Shown piece by piece: positions 55,925 to 64,000 of a stretch of 64,000 nucleotides of DNA. How positions within the stretch are numbered: the first letter of the stretch is position 1; the number at the start of each line of letters is the position of its first letter. The notes under the pieces are model-generated. The model was not told the origin of the DNA, ran no database searches, and saw only the letters and a list, made by a program, of their open reading frames with translations. Location: the NCBI GenBank assembly GCA_964016885.1, contig OZ024742.1, positions 357,554,001 to 357,618,000 on the forward strand. The letters are read 5' to 3'. The DNA comes from Eledone cirrhosa. Lineage: Eukaryota. The translations under genes and the position numbers were made by a program.

Positions 55925-56931
55925 GACGTAAATAAGAAAGTTATGAAAATTGACTTACTAAAATTTCACTCCAACTAATTAGTTTCTGTAAGGGGATAAA
56001 TATGGTTACGGAGCGTATCCATAGAGAAGCCTTACGTCATCAGGGAGTCTATTCTCAGCTAAGCTTCCAGGCAATGCGAGGACACTGGGAACTTATATAA
56101 AAATAATTCAGTGGATGGAAAAAAGCGAGCGGGGACTAGATTCCAAGACATTGAAAATTCACTGCCTACTTGGTCAAGTGGCAAATTCAAAAGAATCAAT
56201 CACCTGACACTGAGGTTAATCAGTGAGGATTGGGGGTGCTATTAAGACAGGGCCTAGCCACTACTATTAATCATAGTAGTAATTTCGGCAAGTTTTGCTC
56301 AGAACCACAAGTTTTGCATAGAACCACAAAGTTACTAAGACAAAACATATTTATTTGCTAACATAGGTATGCATCTGTATACATATGTTGGTAGATATAC
56401 TAATTCTTTATAATTTTCTCCAAATTATTTGTTGAGCAAAACTTTCCGAAATTACTACTATGATTAATAGTAGTGGCTAGGCCCTGTCTTAATAGCACCC
56501 CCACTCCTCACTGATTAACCTCAGTGTCACGAGATTAATTCTTTTGAATTTGCCACTTGACCAAGAAGGCAGTGAATTTTTCAATGTCTTGGAATCTAGT
56601 CCCCGCTCGCTTTTTTCCATCCACTGAATTATTTTTATATAAGTTCCCAGTGTCCTCGCATTGCCTGGAAGCTTAGCTGAGAATAGACTCCCTGATGACG
56701 TAAGGCTTCTCTATGGATACGCTCCGTAACCATATTTATCCCCTTACAGAAACTAATTAGTTGGAGTGAAATTTTAGTAAGTAAGTCAATTTTCATAACT
56801 TTCTTATTTACGTGTTTCATATAATTGTTCTGCATCCCCTTGCATAGAACCACAAAGTTACTAAGACAAAACATATTTATTTGCTAACATAGGTATGCAT
56901 CTGTATACATATGTTGGTAGATATACTAATT

Positions 56932-56935
<4 letters not shown>
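55921..56935. mobile_element. Diverged subfamily of the 548-bp module (526-bp unit, inverted + direct); HHRs at 56687-56767 (+) and 55968-56048 (-)
   Basis: catagaaccac at 56317 and 56843. ACTCC-CTGATGA-C-GTAAGG...CCTTAC-A-GAAA-CTAATTAG-TT-GGAGT. Confidence 0.85.
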
Positions 56936-57009
<74 letters not shown>

Positions 57010-57040
57010 ATATATATATACCTTTATATATATATACCTA

Positions 57041-57101
<61 letters not shown>

Positions 57102-57142
57102 ATATATATATACACCTATATTTATATATATATACTTATATT

Positions 57143-57175
<33 letters not shown>

Positions 57176-57176
57176 A

Positions 57177-57253
<77 letters not shown>

Positions 57254-57347
57254 ATATTATATGTATGTATATATATATATTTATGTATATATATGTATAT
57301 ATATATACCTATATTTATATGTATATATATATAACTATATCTATCTA

Positions 57348-57447
<100 letters not shown>

Positions 57448-57475
57448 CCTTTATGTATGTATATATATATATATA

Positions 57476-58020
57476 TTTAAAAGAATAGAGGTGTAACACA
57501 CAAGTTATGATATATTTGTAAACGGAATAGAAAATGCTGACAAATTGTTCACAGTGAAAAATAGTTTAATTATGAATAAGTGATAATTAGTAATAGTATT
57601 GGTTAGTATTAAGTTTTGGTTTTAAGTTTTACCGGTTGCGCATTTCTAATGCTTTTCAAAAATAATTTTGAGATAGAATGCCCGTGATGTTTGCTCTGAT
57701 CTGATTAGTTTTGGGAATTCTACCTGTTTTTATGTTAAAAAAGTGGCTCCAGCGTTATTAAAATAAGTTTTGCGCCAATTCGTGTTGCAAAAATTCTTGT
57801 GGTCAAAACAATTTTGATTGGTCGGTAGAGGTCATGTCAATGTAAAAAATTGATTTTGCGCCAAATGTAGGTTAGGTGTCGGCTGACTGAGAAATAAGTC
57901 TAACAAATATGTGTGTGTGTGTGTGTGTAGTAGTAGTAAAGAGGTTTGTTGTTGTGATAATGGTCAGCAGTGATGTGTGTGCGAACCGCAGCCTGTTGAC
58001 AGTTCAAATGCCTATTAAGA

Positions 58021-58091
<71 letters not shown>

Positions 58092-58428
58092 CAGAGTAAT
58101 TCGTGGTAGAGGGATGGTCAGTAGGAATGTATTTGTAAGTGTGTGGGGGATATTTTAACATGTTAAAAGATATTTGTTCAGTTCTTGTCTTATACGGAGA
58201 AGTGTGTGTGTGTGTGTGTGTGTGTATGTCTCTTTGTACGTTAATGTACGCGTGTGTATGTGTGTGTATATATATATGTGTGTGTGTGTGTGTGAGAGAA
58301 TGTGTGTGTGTGTGTGGGTGGATCAGTATTTATTTCTGTTAAAATGGTGTACATTATTCGATATTTTCAGTAAAATCGATTCTCTCAATAGAACATCAAA
58401 AAACCTTAATAATAAAAGGTGTGAAATG
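57476..58428 (-). mobile_element. 3'UTR/pLTR-only copy of a relative of the 41.1-kb Penelope
   Basis: Collinear with 41123-42150. Confidence 0.88.
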
Positions 58429-58557
58429 ATATATAGTATTGGCATAATACCAAGGCGTGTGTCAGTGTGTCCAGACCGCACGTACTCCAAGGGTGATCCA
58501 TTAGGCCTTGCCGTATTGGAATACCTGTGCACAAATATGTATCTGGAGTGTGTCCAG

Positions 58558-58663
58558 AAATTGTATACCCGTGCACAAATTGTATACCCGTGCACAAATT
58601 GTATACCCGTGCACAAATTGTATACCCGTGCACAAATTGTATACCTGTGCACAAATTGTACAC
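58558..58663. repeat. 19-bp tandem repeat (aaattgtatacccgtgcac) x about 5.5
   Basis: Direct periodicity, flanked by two copies of atgtatctggagtgt. Confidence 0.9.
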
Positions 58664-58674
58664 ATGTATCTGGA

Positions 58675-58739
<65 letters not shown>

Positions 58740-58760
58740 CAGATATATATATATATATGC

Positions 58761-58813
<53 letters not shown>

Positions 58814-58815
<2 letters not shown>

Positions 58816-59663
58816 GTAATATGAAATACGTCCTTTCACGCACAAGGCGCCAAGGTACGCATGTATTGTCCAACCAAGTGCCAGTGTGGTTCAATGGCGG
58901 GTTAATAAATTAACGAGCCAGAACAAATATAAACAAGGTTTAGTAAATAATGAAAAAGTTTCAAAAAAAATTTTAAAAAATTGACTTTACCTACTATAGT
59001 TACCTTTACCGATCGGTTTCGAATCCCAAAAATAAAACGTAGGCCATACGGCCTTCGTTGCAAAGAGAGATTCTCGTCAGAAGGTTCTTTTCATTCAAAG
59101 AATATAAAATTCCTGAATTTAAATCACAAACTAGCGCTATCAAAGACTGCTCCTGGGATGAGAGTGGATGATGTAGAACAGGTTTATCAAGGGCCGTAGT
59201 AAAGATAGAGGCAAAAGGAGGTAGGTCAAACTAGCCACCGCTGTTATCAGCAGCAGTCGGAATGACCCGGTTTGTTCTCAACGTTTGTGGAGGTAGTAGT
59301 AATATGAAATACGTCCTTTCACGCACAAGGCGCCAAGGTACGCATGTATTGTCCAACCAAGTGCCAGTGTGGTTCAATGGCGGGTTAATAAATTAACGAG
59401 CCAGAACAAATATAAACAAGGTTTAGTAAATAATGAAAAAGTTTCAAAATAAATTTTAAAAAATTGACTTTACCTACTATAGTTACCTTTACCGATCGGT
59501 TTCGAATCCCAAAAATAAAACGTAGGCCATACGGCCTTCGTTGCAAAGAGAGATTCTCGTCAGAAGGTTCTTTTCATTCAAAGAATATAAAATTCCTGAA
59601 TTTAAATCACAAACTAGCGCTATCAAAGACTGTTCCTGGGATGAGAGTGGATGATGTAGAACA

Positions 59664-59669
<6 letters not shown>
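58814..59669 (-). mobile_element. Retrozyme-like module, 483-bp unit, about 1.8 near-identical copies with two intact HHRs
   Basis: 58814-59186 is repeated at +483, with (TA)n on both sides. Confidence 0.92.
59002..59085 (-). ncRNA. Canonical type I hammerhead (second copy at 59485-59568)
   Basis: ACCTT-CTGACGA-GAATC..(AACG..AGGCC gtat GGCCT..CGTT)..GATTC-GAAA-CCG at CGG-TA-AAGGT. Confidence 0.9.
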
Positions 59670-59703
<34 letters not shown>

Positions 59704-59759
59704 TAAGTACACATTCATACATATATGTACACAGACGTACACTAGTATGTACCAGAGGA

Positions 59760-60800
59760 AAAGGCTGATCTTCAGGCATTTGCTGCCAGCTCAGCCAAAG
59801 ACATAGGCGGTGTTCCCCCAAAGGGTGCTCTACGCCTTGGTCAACCTGGTCCAAAACCCAGACTCAGGCTGTCTTTTTCGGACCCTGCTGAAGAAGGACC
59901 GCTCTACAAAATGTCATGGCTCCAAGCCAGAATACTTAAACCCATACTAGACACCTTGCCGGGACTCGTAAACAGCTCCGAGAAAGTGTTGGCGCGCCTG
60001 CATCAAATGGATCCCGACACCAGAAAGGCTCACATTTATGCCTTCAGCCTTGATGTGGTCGCTCATTACACCTCGGTCCCGGCGCTTGCGGCCTTTCATA
60101 TACTAATGGAACGCGTTCAATCTACCGACCTACACTGCTTTGGGTTCACCCCCACTGACAATCACCTGCTCCTATCCGTCATCGTTGACAACACTTATTT
60201 TGGTTTTCTCAACCAAACATACCGGCAAACTCAGGGCTGCCCATGGGCTCAAGCCTGTCGGGTGTGATAGCGCTCTCATACATGGACGGCCTCGAGCGCA
60301 AGGCACTCAACACCTGCCACCCCAGCGCCGTCGCTTTCTTCTCGAGGTACGTGTACGACATCCTCATCCTCACATCTTCTCAGGAGATGGCAAGCGGAAT
60401 TTATGAGACGTTCAACAACACGGAGGAGAATATTGATTTCAGTGTTGAACACCCCAACGACGACGGGTCCCTTGCCCCCCTCGACGTCCGAATCAACATC
60501 ACGGAGCAGGGAGGGATCCACACCAACTTTTAGCACAAGGCAGCCTACAGGGACTTGTTCGTCCACTACAAGTCTGCCCTCGCTAACAGTGCTAAAAGAG
60601 GGTACATCACGAACGAGATCACGCGAGTTAAAAACAGATGTAGCGATACCGTGAGTGGTGTCACCTATACCAAGCGGTTCCTAATGGTGCTGGAGACGAA
60701 TGGATACCCAGCCTCGCTTACAAACAGAGTAAGAGACACCAGACGCAAGAGGCAGAGAAACACCCAAGGCAAGTGCTTCCTTAAAATCCCGCACCTGGGT
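59760..60800 (+). pseudogene. GC-rich PLE reverse transcriptase fragment from a different lineage
   Basis: FSLDVVAHYTSVP, YRQTQG/PMGSSLSG, RYVYDI (mutated YVDD), LAPLDV, HYKSA. Frameshifted. Confidence 0.85.
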
Positions 60801-61042
60801 GTCATGAAAAAAGCACCCAGTTCACACTCTGATGTGGTCATGTAGGTGTCATGAAAAAAAGCACCCAGTCCACACTCTAATGTGGTCATGTAGGTCTTAT
60901 GACAAAAAGCATCCAGTCCACACTGTAAGTGGTTGTGTAGGTGACATGACAAAAAGCACCCAGTCCACACTGTAAAGTGGTTGTGTAGGTGACATGACAA
61001 AAAGCACCCAGCGGACATGCTAGCGTGGAACATGGACGTTAA
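60797..61042 (+). repeat. Tandem repeat of about 44-49 bp (x about 5) within an RTE 3'UTR fragment ending in (GAT)n
   Basis: catga.aaaaagcacccagtccacact..gtggt..tgtaggt units, followed by catgctagcgtggaa..ggacgttaa. Confidence 0.8.
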
Positions 61043-63407
61043 ATGGTGAGGATGATGATGAATTCTGTTAAGTTTTCCTGTAAATCGGTGATGTAAAGAT
61101 GTTTTCTTTTTACAAATTTCTATTCTCTTTAGTTGATGGATCGTCTTTAAATCATAATAACCATTCCATGTAATTTGGTAACTTACTCAGTAAAGAAACA
61201 ACACATTGATATTTAAAACACCTGGTTACCTAATTAGTGCTTCCTGGTAGCTATTATAATCTTTATTGTGTACAATCCTAATAACTGTTTACTAGAAGTA
61301 TTGTATGTAGTTTATTAGAGAATTACTTGTATTCTACCAAACTAAGATTGTATTATTACAATGTAAATTAACAAGGAAGAGAAATACATCATTTTCATCA
61401 TTTTCATCATTATTGTCATTAAAAACCACCCTTAGGGTTGTTTTTCTGCTATAATATAAAATGTGAAAAGTGATATATGGTTAAACAATGCAAAATGGAG
61501 GGTAAGATGAGGTAACGGAAAGGTTAGTTATCTGGTAATCTTTGTTTTTGTTGCTGTTTTTTCTTTCGTCTTAATATGTTGAGACTTAAAATTCCCTTCT
61601 TCATGGTATAGGGATCCTATTAATTACCACAATTATTATCAGTAAAGACGTGTGGCTGATTGGTTAGAGAACTGGATTCACAATCGTGAGGATGTCAGTT
61701 TGATTCCTGGACCGGGCAATGCGTTATGTCCTTGAGCAAGACACATTATTTCATGTTGCTCCTTCTACCTGGAATTGTGACCGATATATAGTATTAACAA
61801 TTGGAAAGACCAATGGAAATATTGTTTCTTCGGTCCGATTTGACGAAAGTCAATCGATCTTTTGTTTATCCTGTCCCTAATTATTAAACATATCACCATG
61901 TATTAACCACTCTCATCTCACACAGCAGCCACCCACATATACCACCAGCATCCTATTAATTACCACAATTATCATCATTACTTTCATTGTATCAGCAAGT
62001 TTATCATCGTTATTATTACAATTACAATTATTTCCTATTACTATTAACATCTCTCGTCTTACTAACCATATCACCCTTTATTAAAAATGTTCCCCCTTCT
62101 TATAGATATTCACCTAAATTTCTTTATACCACCATATATTCCTGTAGGATATTTCTCTAGGCGTATTTTCAGACGTTTAATAGCTAATATAAATTTAAAA
62201 AATCATATATAATTTAACAATATAACTTACAAACATGAGAAAAAGATTTTGATTATAAAACAACGAAATACTGGAGGAAGATTCGAAAGCGAAACGATAA
62301 ATAAACCTGGAAACAAAGTGGCGGGTGCTTTTGAGTAACAATTACTCTCGTTGGTTGATTAGCCAATAAGACGATACATAACAAAAGATGTTTGGGAGGC
62401 ACCACCACGGCCAGCGATACCCCTTAAATTTTTTATTCACAAGCTACGCATATATGTCAGACACGCAGACTTAAAACATTCTGTTGTTAGTCACTGCGTG
62501 TCTGACAGATACTTACGTCTATATGTCTATAGGTACACGCAGGCCGATGTGTATGATTGTATGTGTGTCTGTGCCTGTGAACACCTATATATGTGTGTAT
62601 GTGTATATATATGAGTACAGATATGTATACGTATATACGCGTGTGTATGCCTGTAGCTATGAATATTTTGTATTTGCGTGTGTATGTGTGTATAGGTTAG
62701 CCCTTATAGTTAGTGTAGCACCTAATTCATTTATGTATTCTTCTATTTATTTATAAAATATTCATTCCCTGCACAAGCCACAGTCCTTAATCCCATCATT
62801 TCTAGTACCACATCCCCCTTTTCATACGTTTTACATACTAATCCCACCACAGAAGACATAACACTCCCTATCTCCTCCATTTTCATACTCACTTCTTTCT
62901 CGTAGTATTCTTATCCTCAGTTTATGTTCAATTTACTTTTATTTATTTATCACTAACAAACATCTGACTAAACCAAACTCCATCTCCCTTTGGTCTAGCA
63001 TTGCACCCTTTCATCTCCCATCACTTATCACCCCTAACCACCCCTACAATATTACCCAGTATCCTCACTTCACCCCATAAATGCTATAATATCTATGAAA
63101 CAGCCAAAACACCACACACCCGCAACTCACGCTAACCATTGCTTCCCAACACCACCTCTTCATTACAATCGTTCCCCCTCCTATCACACATAACAAAACT
63201 TCCTTCTAGCAAAACTACCAATCAAAATGACCTTTAAATGACCAACACAAATGAATGTGAATCATTAGATACTTTTTTCTAAGCCCTAAGAGGTTCATAG
63301 TGCCATTACCACAACAGAGGTCCGACAAGCTTTTGATTCCAGTGTCGGGCTAGGTTGATACAGATCAAACTACGTAATGAAGACATAACAAATCGCCCTT
63401 TTTATTA

Positions 63408-63595
63408 TTGGATTGGCAGTATCGGTAGAGGATCGGTCGCCATGCTTTGACGTAAAGAATGATGGCCCTTTCCATTCTGAGTTCAAATCCCGCCAAAGTT
63501 AACTTTGCCTTTCATCTTTACGGGGTCGATAAAATAAAGTACCAGTAATGCACTGAGATAATTGCTGGCCTTGTGCCAAAAGTAGAAACAATTAT
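63408..63595 (+). mobile_element. tRNA-derived SINE, family A
   Basis: Matches 6349-6526. Confidence 0.85.
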
Positions 63596-63596
63596 T

Positions 63597-63719
63597 ATTA
63601 TCATTATTACACTCTGCTCAGAGTGTAATAATGATAATTAGTACTACACCTCTATGCTTACTGGAAACTATGCATCGAGTGCTCACTCTGGTGAACCTAC
63701 AGTAACTGGACGTTACAAT

Positions 63720-63723
<4 letters not shown>
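63597..63723 (+). mobile_element. Very short PLE-type tail with a 20-bp perfect terminal hairpin
   Basis: attatcattattacactctg-ct-cagagtgtaataatgataat. The tail loosely resembles 36595-36670 and ends in (TA)n. Confidence 0.5.
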
Positions 63724-63810
<87 letters not shown>

Positions 63811-64000
63811 CATCATCACCATGTTATGTCCATTCTTCCATGCTAGCATGGGTTTGACGGGTTGTCCTCTTGTGAGCAATGCTAGGTCAAGTGTCCATGT
63901 CTTGCTTATACAGAACTGATTTGGGCTTGGTTTCTACAGTTGGATGCCCTTCCTAACACCAACCTCATTTACAGTGAGTACTGGGTGCTTTTTGACATGA

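Noticed and set aside
62280-62420. Promoter-like patch (CCAAT, slight CpG enrichment)
   Set aside because: No downstream exon or other supporting evidence.

Overview
AT-rich, repeat-saturated animal genomic DNA with no confident host-gene exon. The (TA)n/(CA)n density and the tRNA-SINE, RTE, CR1 and Penelope content suggest an octopus-like cephalopod (inference). From about 20 to 60 kb, long (TA)n tracts are packed with Penelope-like elements (PLEs). One is nearly intact (41.1-46.6 kb): ORF1, an RT/GIY-YIG ORF2 in the -1 frame behind a conserved U UUU UUA site, and direct pseudo-LTRs. Several decayed PLEs lie nearby. The main finding is a diverse set of non-coding modules of about 316-609 bp, inserted as more-than-unit-length tandem and/or inverted copies. 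Most carry a type I hammerhead ribozyme (HHR) that I folded by eye, giving roughly 14 distinct HHR sequence families. Many have greatly enlarged stems II/III, U3-A8 cores, or mismatched 10.1-11.1 pairs, and related subfamilies show compensatory base changes. This looks like a retrozyme-like (circular-RNA or self-cleaving) parasite system mobilised by PLEs and targeted to (TA)n. All structures are manual predictions; no folding, alignment or database search was run, and element boundaries are approximate.
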